Notes: generated from the sequence alone by a model not told the origin. Shown: positions 1-10,837, counted from the stretch's first letter. The stretch: DNA of 64,000 bases from Promethearchaeota archaeon (GCA_016839705.1 JAEOTR010000017.1:55396-119395), one strand, 5' to 3'. Numbers and translations: made by a program.

Positions 1-31
1 CGATGGTAGTGAATAATCCTTCTTTATCCAT
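1..31 (-). CDS. Possible 5' end of a gene running off the left edge (MDKEGLFTTI...)
   Basis: ATG at 31 on the minus strand, open to the window edge; only 10 codons visible. Confidence 0.3.
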   Translation of the reverse strand, partial: MDKEGLFTTI

Positions 32-110
32 AGTACTTATAAAAGTTTATAGAATTTAAACATAGATTAGACAGTTATGCAGTATCTGCATAGAATATGC
101 TTAGAAAGAA

Positions 111-2126
111 TTAAGTATAAAATCTTTTATTATCAAAATTCCTACTATTTTGTTTAATTATTTCTAATTCTTCTAAACTTTGCTGTAAGTTTTGTATCTT
201 ATTATCAATTAAGTAAATCTCTTTATTCAAATTTCTATAAGTTCTAAAATAATCACTCTCTGAGATAGATCCTTGATCAAATTTTGTTTCAAGTTTCTTC
301 AATGTAGCTTTAAGACTATATCGTTCTTTTTCAAATTCAAGCATTTGTTTTTGTTTTTCTTTATCTAATTTAAATAAGTTTCTTTTATATCCATATGATT
401 GCTGTGCTGATGAATTTGATAAGTCGAATAAATCTGATAAGTGATTTTTGTTGAATTCTTGAAAAGATTTATCATTAAACAGGTTTTGAATTCCAATATT
501 AGAAGCTTGTGGATAAATTCCCTGAGCTTGCTCTAAGTTTCTTGTTAGAAGATCTCTTTCATCCGCGTTTAGTAAAAGATCATTTTTATTATTAATAGCT
601 TGAGGGATGTAATTTTGATACCTATTTGGGTCGCAAATATTTTGCGGGAAAAATTTACTTTGGCTAGGGGGAGGCATTTGATATTGATTTCCATGATTTA
701 TAGGATTATTCAAACCTTGAGGATGTTGAACCTGAGTAGGTTGATAGTAAGTAGGATTTTGATAATAAGGATTTTGCATTCTGGGTTGGTTTAGTCCATT
801 TTGCCCTATATGTGGATTTTGATAAAGCATGCTTTGTTGATAATTTTGAGGTACCAGATTTTGGATTTGGTTATGATTACCATAAGCATGTTGTGGTTGA
901 AATTTATTAAAATTAACTTTTTCATAACTCTCATTATACTGGCATTTTAGGCTAAAAAAAGAATTAATACTTTCTTCAATGAAATTGGTTAAGGAGTTTA
1001 AATCAATATCAATTTTCTTTAGATTTGAAGCTGATTTACTGTCATATACCGTAGTCTCATCAAATGTTCTTGCTAATAGAATATATTCGATAACTCTAGA
1101 GATTGATTTATGGGGTAAGGTGAATTCATATTTACCATACTCAAATTCTAGGTAAAGTTTTTTGAATACTTTTCCTTTATCTTTAATTCTTATTAGATCA
1201 CGAACAGGAGCTTTGAAAGTCAGAGCTTTTTTCTTTTTTCTTACACCATACTCATGAACAAAAGATAGATCTAAATTGGTAATAAATAAAAGCCCTTTAT
1301 CCTTCTTAAATTTCTCTTCTATATTTAATCCATTTGTTAATTTAGCGTAAATTGCATATACCGGCTTTTCTTTTTCTGCTAGGTTCAAAAAATTCTTATA
1401 AGTTGAAAAATAAAGACTGATTTTTTCAATGAATTTTAGATTATCCTCAAATGATTTGACGCTACTCTTAAAGGTTGTCACATTATTTAATACGAATTCA
1501 TTTATCGAATTATAACTTCTTAATAAATTATCAAACAAGTTTTCTATGATTATTAAATTGGAATTAGGTTGTTTATAAATATCAAAAAAATATTCTTTAT
1601 ATAAGACCATCTGATGAAAATGTGCATTAATTTTGTCAAATAAGGTATTCTGGACATATATGAATAATTTAAAAAGAGCTAGTAAATCAGATTCCATTTT
1701 AGGGAAATGATAACATCTAATAGGGGGATTTCTTGCTTTTTCAATTTCTTGTTGAAGACTAAATAATTTATTGAGAACTTCTCTTAAGGGATTAATAAAA
1801 GCACGAGAGTTTTTAATTAATTCTAAAAATTCTTTCTCTAATTCTTCCTTTTTTTCATATATGTTTATAACTTTATGAGAACCACATTTTGGGCATGATT
1901 TTAAAAGTTGGTTTGTTTTAATGATGTTCTCCTTTCCACATTCTCCACACACTTTTCTCTTATCAGAATCAGAATTCTCAATATTTTTTGAATTGCAATC
2001 TTGACATGTATAGAATTCAACTTTTTTTTCATGTAAACAATCAGAGCAACAACTAACACCACATTCTTCACAATAATAAGTTAATTTCACATACCTTTGA
2101 CAAAATCGGCAGACTTGTTCTGACAT
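111..2126 (-). CDS. Multidomain protein: Cys-rich Zn-binding N-terminus, helical/coiled-coil region, PH/GRAM-like domain, Q/N/P-rich linker, C-terminal steadiness-box/SHOCT-like coiled coil
   Basis: 671 aa; multiple CxxC pairs; KGLLFITNLDLSFVHE is a PH/GRAM-like strand pattern; LKKLETKFDQGSISESDYFRTYRNL near the C-terminus. Confidence 0.6.
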   Translation of the reverse strand: MSEQVCRFCQRYVKLTYYCEECGVSCCSDCLHEKKVEFYTCQDCNSKNIENSDSDKRKVCGECGKENIIKTNQLLKSCPKCGSHKVINIYEKKEELEKEFLELIKNSRAFINPLREVLNKLFSLQQEIEKARNPPIRCYHFPKMESDLLALFKLFIYVQNTLFDKINAHFHQMVLYKEYFFDIYKQPNSNLIIIENLFDNLLRSYNSINEFVLNNVTTFKSSVKSFEDNLKFIEKISLYFSTYKNFLNLAEKEKPVYAIYAKLTNGLNIEEKFKKDKGLLFITNLDLSFVHEYGVRKKKKALTFKAPVRDLIRIKDKGKVFKKLYLEFEYGKYEFTLPHKSISRVIEYILLARTFDETTVYDSKSASNLKKIDIDLNSLTNFIEESINSFFSLKCQYNESYEKVNFNKFQPQHAYGNHNQIQNLVPQNYQQSMLYQNPHIGQNGLNQPRMQNPYYQNPTYYQPTQVQHPQGLNNPINHGNQYQMPPPSQSKFFPQNICDPNRYQNYIPQAINNKNDLLLNADERDLLTRNLEQAQGIYPQASNIGIQNLFNDKSFQEFNKNHLSDLFDLSNSSAQQSYGYKRNLFKLDKEKQKQMLEFEKERYSLKATLKKLETKFDQGSISESDYFRTYRNLNKEIYLIDNKIQNLQQSLEELEIIKQNSRNFDNKRFYT

Positions 2127-2332
2127 TTTTAAAAACTAAACCCAACCTAATAAATTCAAAATTCTCTACAAATCGCTTTATCAAAATTAGTACAAAACCC
2201 AAAATACAAAAAAGAATATATTATTCAAGTATCATGTAATATCTGGATATCTTAAAAAATATCACGAAGCTACTTAAATGTCTATTTTATAAAATTTATA
2301 TTAATAAAGGAGTAATTTATTTAATAATTGGA

Positions 2333-2626
2333 TTATTTAACTATGATTACTTTTTTCCCAAGGGCTTGACCGGGTACTCCAGCCTTTTTAAAATGAGCTC
2401 TAACCGCACCATGATTTCCATGAGCACGAGTAACTGTACCCTTGAGTTCTTTGCCAGTTGAGCTTTTCCAAACAACTTTTCTACCGATAAGCTTATTTGC
2501 CTCTTTTCGGGTATTTATCCTAGAAAAAACTACTATACAATGTTTCTGGTGTACCGTGTGACGACCTCGTTTGTAATTTGAGATAATCCCCTCCATACCC
2601 AAAACATCTAATTTACTCAATGACAT
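2333..2626 (-). CDS. rpl35ae: 50S ribosomal protein L35Ae
   Basis: GIISNYKRGRH, LIGRKVVW, HGNHGAVRAHF, GVPGQALG motifs; start may be ATG 2626 or 2596. Confidence 0.92.
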   Translation of the reverse strand: MSLSKLDVLGMEGIISNYKRGRHTVHQKHCIVVFSRINTRKEANKLIGRKVVWKSSTGKELKGTVTRAHGNHGAVRAHFKKAGVPGQALGKKVIIVK

Positions 2627-2714
2627 AGTCAAAAACTTAATAAAAGATTTTAGTGAAATAAATTAATAGATGAAATACTCTTAAACTATTAAGTTTTATT
2701 AATATTTTTTTGGT

Positions 2715-3947
2715 CTACTTAAGATAGTTTAATGCTGTTAGCGCATAAATTTTAGTTAAATTGATAAGATCTTCAACATACACAAATTCATCAACAGAAT
2801 GGATGTTATTATCTCCTCGAATAGTACCAATTAAAATTGTCTCAATTCCTTTCTGATGAAAAAATGTGGCATCTGTTGTCGGTAAAATAATCTTAAATTC
2901 TCTTTCTTCGTTGTAAATAGTTTTATATACATCCTTAACAATTAGTGCAAAATCTGAGTTTATATCGGTTATTTCTGGCTCGATGTAAATAGGGATTTGT
3001 ACTCTTATATCTAAATCAGGATCTTTTTTCTTTAAATCTTCAATAAATTTTAAGATCCTTGACTTCAATGCTGCCATATCTTGTTCAGGTATTGTATTTA
3101 TTAAGCAGTGTAAAACACATTTATCAGGTACAGAATTAACAGAGACTCCCCCTTCCATTAATGTAAGGTTAACACTACTAATTTTAGACGGCATATCTGG
3201 ATGAATAGGATATTTGGTTTCTTTATATTTTAATTCTTCCTGTAACTCCATTAAGAAATTCATAATTGGAAGCATTTTGTTAATTGCATTGATTCCTGAA
3301 TATTTATTGCGATTAGGAGACGGCAAATCTGGCCACCCTTGTGCATGTCTACGTATTCCTTTAATTATAAAACTTATCTGAAATGTCCCTGCTCGATAAG
3401 CAACGGGGTAATCGCATAAAGAATCACCTATTAAACATGCATCTCCCTTTACTAATCCTTTATTAACTATATAATCCGCTCCGAGTATACCTCCAATCTC
3501 TTCATTTATTACCGCCGTTACAAATAATTTTCCATTAAAATTAAATCCAGAATCTTGTAAAGCTTTCACAGCATATATTTCAGCAGCAATACACGACTTA
3601 TCATCACATGCACCTCTTCCATATATCTTATTATCTATTTTTTCCCCACCATAAGGATTTTTCGTCCAGCCATTAAAAGGGGCATCCGTATCAAGGTGAG
3701 CATAGAAAATTAAACTGGGCCCCGTTTCATTCCCAATCTCGCCAATCACATTATTTTTCTTCCTTTGAGTTTTTATTCCAACTTCTAACATTTTAGATTC
3801 TATAAATTTTGAGATTTCCCTATATTTACCTGGTGGAACTTCCGACGGCATTTTTACTAAATTTTGAAGAAACTCTACAATTTCTTCTCTCATGTTTTCA
3901 ATTTTCTCGATTACTATTTTTTCTTCTGGTATCAAAATTCGTATCAA
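2715..3947 (-). CDS. M20 family metallopeptidase/deacylase (ArgE/DapE-like)
   Basis: AHLDT, YGRGACDDKS, NEEIGG, IHSVDE metal-binding motifs. Confidence 0.9.
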   Translation of the reverse strand: MIRILIPEEKIVIEKIENMREEIVEFLQNLVKMPSEVPPGKYREISKFIESKMLEVGIKTQRKKNNVIGEIGNETGPSLIFYAHLDTDAPFNGWTKNPYGGEKIDNKIYGRGACDDKSCIAAEIYAVKALQDSGFNFNGKLFVTAVINEEIGGILGADYIVNKGLVKGDACLIGDSLCDYPVAYRAGTFQISFIIKGIRRHAQGWPDLPSPNRNKYSGINAINKMLPIMNFLMELQEELKYKETKYPIHPDMPSKISSVNLTLMEGGVSVNSVPDKCVLHCLINTIPEQDMAALKSRILKFIEDLKKKDPDLDIRVQIPIYIEPEITDINSDFALIVKDVYKTIYNEEREFKIILPTTDATFFHQKGIETILIGTIRGDNNIHSVDEFVYVEDLINLTKIYALTALNYLK

Positions 3948-4061
3948 CTAATCTTTTTATAAATATAATTTAGGAAAATATGATCGAAACTTAAGTTTAA
4001 TTATTATGTATTTATTCTTCTGTTTATTCATTGTTACAAAGTTAATTGTAGTAAGTACCTT

Positions 4062-4436
4062 TTATATTGCTGCTATTGCATCTATTTCAACTAAAGCAGT
4101 TGACATTGGACAAGTTGCTTCAACTGTACTTCTTGTGGGAAAGATTTCATTAACTCCGTTTTCTTCAAAAAATTCTTTATATGCTTGATTCATATTTACA
4201 AAATCATCCATATTTTTAAGAAAAACGCTTATCTTAACAATATTTGATACTTTTGCTCCGGATGCACTTAAGATTGATTTTATCTTTTCAAGAACAGAAA
4301 ATGTTTGTTCTCTTATCCCCTTTTTTTCTGGATTAGGAACTTGACCTGAAATAAAAATAAGATTACCCGCTTTTATCCCAAGGCTATAGGGACCAGCTTT
4401 AGGGGATCCCGTGTCAATCATTTCTATATTAACCAT
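4062..4436 (-). CDS. RidA/YjgF family enamine/imine deaminase
   Basis: GPYS, FISGQ, FPTRSTV, LVEIDAIA; AGGTGA upstream favours ATG 4436. Confidence 0.92.
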   Translation of the reverse strand: MVNIEMIDTGSPKAGPYSLGIKAGNLIFISGQVPNPEKKGIREQTFSVLEKIKSILSASGAKVSNIVKISVFLKNMDDFVNMNQAYKEFFEENGVNEIFPTRSTVEATCPMSTALVEIDAIAAI

Positions 4437-4677
4437 ATCTATAATCACCTTTGTTTAATTTAATAGTTTGCAGACATTAATAAAATTATCAATTTTACTT
4501 TCATTAGTTTTTAATATCTTTATCATAAATATTTGTTTATTGTCGTATTTGAATCAAACTAATCAACTTTTAATTAAGTTTTAATAAAATTCTTTTTTTA
4601 ATGACTTAGATTAAACAATTATAGCTCTTTAATAAAATCTTGATTACTAACTGTGCCATAAAAAGAATTGAAGCACT

Positions 4678-6477
4678 GTGAATAAGGAAAAAGATAAAAT
4701 TTGGATATTCACATTTGAATATGCGGGGATTGTTAAAGTCGGAGGTTTAGGAGAAGTCCCTGCAAATCAGGCTAAACACATTAATAAAGATTATGAAATA
4801 ACTGTTTTTATTCCTTCTCATGGTCAACTTAATAATCTTAGGGAGATACACGATTGGGAGAAATTATCATTTAATTGTGTAGGGCAAATAAATCCATCAA
4901 TTTTAGGATTAAGTGATCCTATTAGTTATTATCATATTTCCTTTTACAAATCTAAAATTAATAATGTAAATATCGTTTTATTAGTTGGTGAAAATTATTT
5001 TGCAAGCAAATTTCTAGATGATAGTGCTGTATATAATCCAGATACTCTCAATGGAAAGATTTGTCTTTTTAGTATTGGGATGCGATCTTTAGTAAGTCAT
5101 ATGATTGAAGATCAAAAAGAAAATGTACCAGATATCATCCATTTACATGATTATCATGCGGTAATCCCTTTTATTGGCATAAAACAGGAACTGATCAACA
5201 ATGGTTTAGACGTACACTCTCTAATTACCATACATCTACTCACTTGGCCGAGACACAGCATCGAATTCTATTATGGGTGTGGAATTGATAAAACCCCAAT
5301 TAAAATATTGTTAGAAAATGGTTATAAGTTGTTTTCTATAGATGAAATCTTCAATTTATGTAAAACATCAAGTAGTTATGATGAAATAAATCAACCTCCG
5401 ACTGTAGAAAAAATTGGTGCGGTCATTTGTGATTTAGTCACAACTGTAAGCCAATCTTATCTTATATCTGATATAATTCTAAATTGTGGCAACCATTTAA
5501 TTGAATTTAAGTCTGATTTTTTATGGGATGGATGTGATTGGGATTATGATGAGATTAAATTAGAAGTTTTAAGAAAACATGGAGAAGATATGCATAAAGT
5601 TTTAGACATTCCTCATGAGATAGATTTAACATTTTCAGATATGAAACGATACCTTTTAACTCACAAGATTGCTCATTTGGCCAGAAGTCCCTTAATCAGG
5701 TCAGAAAAAGTTCTTAAAGTAATAAGTGAAATATCGAATGGAAACCAGTTTATCAAAAATGGGAATATCAAAGCATTTAATGAACCTGGGCCATTAGTTA
5801 TTACTACAGGAAGAATATCACATCAAAAAGGATTCGAAACTATTTTTGAAGCCATCCCAGAGGTAATTCAAGCAATACCTACTGCGAAGTTTTTATTTAT
5901 GATTTTACCAACGGATTATAGTTTAGAAGAAATCAAATCTTACTCTCATATAGTAAAAAGATATCCAGATAATCTGAGAATTATCTTCGGGGTAGCAAAG
6001 GACATATTTTATTTGGCTCATATCTCTGCAGATGTCTACTGTGCTTTATCAAGATGGGAACCATTTGGTATTATCGCTTTGGAAGCGATGGCTTCAAAGC
6101 TTCCAATTATTGCTACGCGTGTAGGGGGCTTTCAAGAGACAATAATCGATATCAGAAATTCCCCTGAAATAGGTACGGGTATTTTAATTGATAAAGATAA
6201 TCCTTCTCAATTTGCCAATGCCTTGATTTCTCTTTTTTTGTTGTCAGAGATTGCCAAAAAGGCAAAATTGAAAGAATCTATTTATGAAACGGAAGTATTA
6301 AATTTAGTTAATCAAATACCTGACGAAATTATTAAATCGTTAGTTTTACTCGATCCTGACGTGTATCAAAAGATTAAAGAAAACTGCTATAAAAGAGTAG
6401 AAAATAACTTTAGGTGGAGCATCGTATCGAAAAAATTGAGAGAACTATATACTAGAATAAGAGATTTAGATAAATAG
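4678..6477 (+). CDS. glgA: Glycogen/starch synthase (GT5)
   Basis: KVGGLGEV, IHLHDYH, TGRISHQKG, SRWEPFG motifs. Confidence 0.85.
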   Translation: MNKEKDKIWIFTFEYAGIVKVGGLGEVPANQAKHINKDYEITVFIPSHGQLNNLREIHDWEKLSFNCVGQINPSILGLSDPISYYHISFYKSKINNVNIVLLVGENYFASKFLDDSAVYNPDTLNGKICLFSIGMRSLVSHMIEDQKENVPDIIHLHDYHAVIPFIGIKQELINNGLDVHSLITIHLLTWPRHSIEFYYGCGIDKTPIKILLENGYKLFSIDEIFNLCKTSSSYDEINQPPTVEKIGAVICDLVTTVSQSYLISDIILNCGNHLIEFKSDFLWDGCDWDYDEIKLEVLRKHGEDMHKVLDIPHEIDLTFSDMKRYLLTHKIAHLARSPLIRSEKVLKVISEISNGNQFIKNGNIKAFNEPGPLVITTGRISHQKGFETIFEAIPEVIQAIPTAKFLFMILPTDYSLEEIKSYSHIVKRYPDNLRIIFGVAKDIFYLAHISADVYCALSRWEPFGIIALEAMASKLPIIATRVGGFQETIIDIRNSPEIGTGILIDKDNPSQFANALISLFLLSEIAKKAKLKESIYETEVLNLVNQIPDEIIKSLVLLDPDVYQKIKENCYKRVENNFRWSIVSKKLRELYTRIRDLDK

Positions 6478-6488
6478 GAGAACATAAT

Positions 6489-7670
6489 TTGACACTTTCG
6501 AAACGATCTGTAATTCTTATTCTATTCTCTATTTTAGTTTTAAACACTGCGGGAATAGGATTAGTTACATATTTACCAAAGTATTTATTATACTTAGGTA
6601 TAGAAAATCCCGTTATCCAATTAGTAATGACTATTTTTCCATTAACTTTATTTGTATTTCCACCAATTTTAGGAAAGCTTTCTGATAAATTTCAGAATAG
6701 GATTCTTTTTATAATTATTGGAGCTTTAGGGATTGTTTTATCATTTGTGTTGTTTCTATTTACTCAAAATTTATTCCTAATTATAGCATTATCACTATTA
6801 TATGGTTTTTTTGGAGCTGCTTTTCGAATTATTTTCACTCTCTATGCCGAATTAGTAGATAATGATACGAGATATATCTCTTATTACAATGCCGTAAGCA
6901 CATGCGGATGGTTTTTGGGAAGCCAGTTAGGAGGAATTTTTATTGATGTATATGGGATTCAAAATATCTTCTTATTTCTAATTTTATTTTCAACAATAAA
7001 TCTAGGCTCCATTCTTCTCATAAAGGAGAATAGAACTTTAATTTTAAGTCATTATGATAATAAAACTAATGAATCCCGTAACAACATAAATGAAGTAAAA
7101 ACAATTTCAATTTCGGTATATCTTGGATTATTTTTCAGAAATTTCGGCATAAAGCCAATCATGGTTGTTCTCTCAATAATTATGGGTTTTCATATTTCCA
7201 GTGATACACAAGTAGGATTTTTAATAGGTTTAAATTTCTTAATTCAAGTTGCCTTAATGCTATTAATAGGACATATTATTTCAGAAAAAAATGAAAAATT
7301 GATACTTATCCTCGGATATTTTTTTAGCACAATCGCAATATTAGGATATATTTTTTCAAATAGTTTTTTCAGCTTTTTAATATCCCAGATTTTTATTGCG
7401 TTCAGTTATTCAATGTTTTGGTCTGCTACCGTTATGTATATCGCACAAAATTCTACCCCAAAAAATAAAGGTCGATATATGGGATATGCAAACTCAAGCA
7501 CTTTTTCTGGTGGCTTTTTAGGAGGACTCCTATTTAGTTATCTATTAGTGGTGTTTAATTCAAATTATTATAGTGCAATGTATTTTATGATTATATTTCC
7601 CGTACTTTCTTCTATAAGTATATTATTGAAGTTTAAACAACATTCAAAGCCAAAACTAATTAATAAATAA
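6489..7670 (+). CDS. MFS transporter
   Basis: About 12 hydrophobic segments; motif A GKLSDKFQNR. Confidence 0.88.
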   Translation: MTLSKRSVILILFSILVLNTAGIGLVTYLPKYLLYLGIENPVIQLVMTIFPLTLFVFPPILGKLSDKFQNRILFIIIGALGIVLSFVLFLFTQNLFLIIALSLLYGFFGAAFRIIFTLYAELVDNDTRYISYYNAVSTCGWFLGSQLGGIFIDVYGIQNIFLFLILFSTINLGSILLIKENRTLILSHYDNKTNESRNNINEVKTISISVYLGLFFRNFGIKPIMVVLSIIMGFHISSDTQVGFLIGLNFLIQVALMLLIGHIISEKNEKLILILGYFFSTIAILGYIFSNSFFSFLISQIFIAFSYSMFWSATVMYIAQNSTPKNKGRYMGYANSSTFSGGFLGGLLFSYLLVVFNSNYYSAMYFMIIFPVLSSISILLKFKQHSKPKLINK

Positions 7671-7714
7671 AAAATTTGGGATTTATAATTTTAATCCACA
7701 TCAAATTGATTAAA

Positions 7715-8896
7715 TTGGTTTTATTAAAAAGATCTGTTATTTTAATTTTAATCTCGGCATTTATTATTTTTTTAGCAGCTTGGATGGTTATGGCGTTTTT
7801 ACCTCAATATCTTCAAGTATTAGGTACTCCAGGTCCGATTATACAAATAATAATAACAATTTTCCTCTCTACATTATTCATATTCCCATATATTTTAGGT
7901 AAGTACTCAGATAAAATCCAGAATCGAAAGTATTTTATAATAATTGGAACTGCGGGTATGATTTTAACTCCATTTCTATTACTATTTACAACAAATTTAA
8001 TCCTAATCACTATAATATTATTTTTTTTTGGAATGTTTGCATCTACTTCTTCGATTATATTTACATTATATTCAGAGTTAGTTCAAAATAATTCCAAATG
8101 GATATCTTACTATAATGCCCTAACAGCTTTGGGATGGTTTGTGGGAGCGCAAATAGCAGGTGTATTTATCGAGATTTATGGGTTTAATCTTGTATTTTTA
8201 CTTTCTTTAATTGGTATGGTGATAGGTATGATATTTGTTGTTTTTATTAAGGAAGATAGGCAAATTATCGTGAATTCTGCGAAAGAGAATAGAATAATAG
8301 ATGTGAATAATTCTCAAAATGATGAACTTTTAGTATCTAAATCAATTTATTATGGTGTATTTTTTAGAAGTTTTGGAATTCAACCAATTTTGGCTGTGCT
8401 TGTGGTAATCATGGGTTTTCATTTAAATAGTGATATAGAAATGGGATTTTTACTTGGGTTAAACCCCCTACTACAATTTTTTCTTATGATTTTATTGGGA
8501 AGGTTAATAACTGACAAAAATTTTAAGCTTTTTATGTTTAGCGGTTATCTATTAAGCATTTTGGTCATTTTGGGATTTCTTCTCGCCGCAGATTTCTGGG
8601 GTTTTTTATTATCTCAATTTCTAGTAGCATTTAGCTTCTCAGTATATTGGATGACAACACTGACTTATATTTCAAAAAACACAACTCCTCAAAATAAAGG
8701 ATTGTATATAGGTTATGTAAATACTAGTGCATTTGCGGGAAATGCAATTGGTGGTTTGTTTTTAGGTTTGTTATTAATTTTCGTTAATTCAGATTATTAT
8801 ATCGCTATGTATTTCATGATAGGTTTTCCTATAATAGCATCAATACTCATTCTATTAGGTAGAAAAAAGTTATTTACTATCCCAAAAAGGATTTAA
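7715..8896 (+). CDS. MFS transporter, tandem paralog of the upstream gene
   Basis: GKYSDKIQNR; colinear with the preceding MFS; TTG 7715 aligns with the paralog start; 3' end overlaps the convergent XPD gene by 27 nt. Confidence 0.85.
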   Translation: MVLLKRSVILILISAFIIFLAAWMVMAFLPQYLQVLGTPGPIIQIIITIFLSTLFIFPYILGKYSDKIQNRKYFIIIGTAGMILTPFLLLFTTNLILITIILFFFGMFASTSSIIFTLYSELVQNNSKWISYYNALTALGWFVGAQIAGVFIEIYGFNLVFLLSLIGMVIGMIFVVFIKEDRQIIVNSAKENRIIDVNNSQNDELLVSKSIYYGVFFRSFGIQPILAVLVVIMGFHLNSDIEMGFLLGLNPLLQFFLMILLGRLITDKNFKLFMFSGYLLSILVILGFLLAADFWGFLLSQFLVAFSFSVYWMTTLTYISKNTTPQNKGLYIGYVNTSAFAGNAIGGLFLGLLLIFVNSDYYIAMYFMIGFPIIASILILLGRKKLFTIPKRI

Positions 8897-10837
8897 GGTT
8901 TGAATCAGAGCGTTGGGTTTATCAGGAATAATTTCTATTTCATCTCTTATCCACTCAGAAATCCATTTATTTTTAGCTTTAAAACGACTATCAAGAAATA
9001 TTATCGCTCCTTTATCCGTAATTTTTCGTATTGGTCTACCAGAAGCTTGATTTGCTCTTTGAACTGCGGGATATAAGTAGGCAAAGTTCCACCCTTGTCG
9101 ATAAAAAACTTTATCATAATATTTAATTTTTGCATTAACTCGTGGAGTAGGTAAATGATAAGGGAAGCCAGCAATGACCACAGAGTTCATGTGATTTCCC
9201 GGATAATCTTCCCCCTCTGAATTTCTCCCCCCACATACACCAAGTAAAACCGCACCTCCATTTGAGGACATTGTTTTAAATTGATCAACCATTGCATTGT
9301 TCTCGGAAGCTGATAATCCAGGAGCTTCTTTAAAAAAGCTCTTGTTGTTTCTTTCTACAATTTTATCTATCCCATTAGAAAGAAGTCCTTTAAGTATTTG
9401 ATATGAGGCACAAAAGATACCAACGTTCGCAGGCGTACAAGCCAATACTTCATTGATTTTATTAATTATTTTCTCAAACATTTCAGGAGTTCTATTTTCG
9501 CGCTTAGTATCTACTCCCTCAACAATAACAGCCTTAATATTTTTCTTTTGGAAAGGAGAATTTGCAATTATTTCATTGAAACTTTTACCACTCTCATTTA
9601 ATCCCATTAGATTTTTATACACAAAAGAGTTTACTGTCCCAGAAAGATTTAAGGAAGTATAAACTGATTTTAAGATAGGAATTACGATTTCTCTTGGATC
9701 TAAAGCCACAATCTCTAAAGAAATTGATTTTTTTCCTTTAACTAGCTTAACTGTAAAACAGAAAAAATAATTTTCGAGGTTGTATGTTTTTAGCCATTTT
9801 AACCAAAACTCAGAGAAGGAACCTAAGAAATCTCTTGAAATTTTCCCATCTGAGATTTTCTCATCATGCACTGAAATACTGAATTCCTGCATTTCTTCAA
9901 TTAAATTCTTAAATTCATTTAAATCACTAAAATCTAATTCTTTAAAAAGGAGTTTTAAATATTGAATTGGATCCAGTGCTTGCTCCCCTAAATATAATTT
10001 ATTTTTTTTCTCATCGAAGTGATCTAATAAAGTACTCACAAATCTTTGCATCGATCGTGGTGATCTATACATTTCTAGGTCCTTCAAACATAATCTCAAT
10101 GAATATGGTGTTATTCTATTAGAATTCACTTCTGTTGCTACGTCAATTATATTATGACATTCATCGAGAACTAAAATACAATTTTTAAGTTCTTGATCAA
10201 CAAATTGTAAAAAAAGATCTCGAATGAAGGGATTGAATATCCATTGATAATTACAAATAATCACTCTCATTTCTTTTAATAAAAATTTACATAAAAAATA
10301 AGGACAGATTTTCTCATCCTTACAAAATCCTATTAGTTCCTCAGCATCAATTGGTTTGTTGAATATCTCTGGGGCAATTTTTATTGGATTCTCTACTTTT
10401 CCTTTTTTTTTTATTAAGGTTAAAAAGTGAGAACAATTTCTGTTTTGCCTTAAATCTTTACAAACTGACATAGACTCTTTTGGATTCAATTTTAGGCTTA
10501 ATAAAGTATGATTAAGGCACATTTCATTTCTCCCTCTAATTGAAACTCCATTTAGTTTCAATCCAAGGTTATCACTCTCCAATTTTTGTGAGATTTTTAT
10601 TAGTTCTTTAATAACCCTTCTATTTTGAGAGTGTGTACGGCACATGTAAATGATTTTTAAATTTTTCTCAAATGCTAAAGACAGTAGTCCACTTAAGGCA
10701 ATAATTGTTTTTCCAGCACCATTCGGTGCTACTAATAAAATATTTTTCCTTGATTTTGAGTCTACCTCAATTTGTTTGATAATTTTTTCTTGTTCTCTTC
10801 TAAATTGATCGTACGGAAAAAAAGATAAGTAATTTAT
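8870..10837 (-). CDS. xpd: XPD/Rad3-family Fe-S DNA helicase (probable ATA start, 64 codons upstream of the track ATG)
   Basis: In-frame upstream FPYDQFRREQ (Q motif) and APNGAGKT (Walker A); RTHSQ, Fe-S cysteines, LDECHN, SGT, SEGED, QASGRPIR. Confidence 0.9.
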   Translation of the reverse strand: MNYLSFFPYDQFRREQEKIIKQIEVDSKSRKNILLVAPNGAGKTIIALSGLLSLAFEKNLKIIYMCRTHSQNRRVIKELIKISQKLESDNLGLKLNGVSIRGRNEMCLNHTLLSLKLNPKESMSVCKDLRQNRNCSHFLTLIKKKGKVENPIKIAPEIFNKPIDAEELIGFCKDEKICPYFLCKFLLKEMRVIICNYQWIFNPFIRDLFLQFVDQELKNCILVLDECHNIIDVATEVNSNRITPYSLRLCLKDLEMYRSPRSMQRFVSTLLDHFDEKKNKLYLGEQALDPIQYLKLLFKELDFSDLNEFKNLIEEMQEFSISVHDEKISDGKISRDFLGSFSEFWLKWLKTYNLENYFFCFTVKLVKGKKSISLEIVALDPREIVIPILKSVYTSLNLSGTVNSFVYKNLMGLNESGKSFNEIIANSPFQKKNIKAVIVEGVDTKRENRTPEMFEKIINKINEVLACTPANVGIFCASYQILKGLLSNGIDKIVERNNKSFFKEAPGLSASENNAMVDQFKTMSSNGGAVLLGVCGGRNSEGEDYPGNHMNSVVIAGFPYHLPTPRVNAKIKYYDKVFYRQGWNFAYLYPAVQRANQASGRPIRKITDKGAIIFLDSRFKAKNKWISEWIRDEIEIIPDKPNALIQTLNPFWDSK

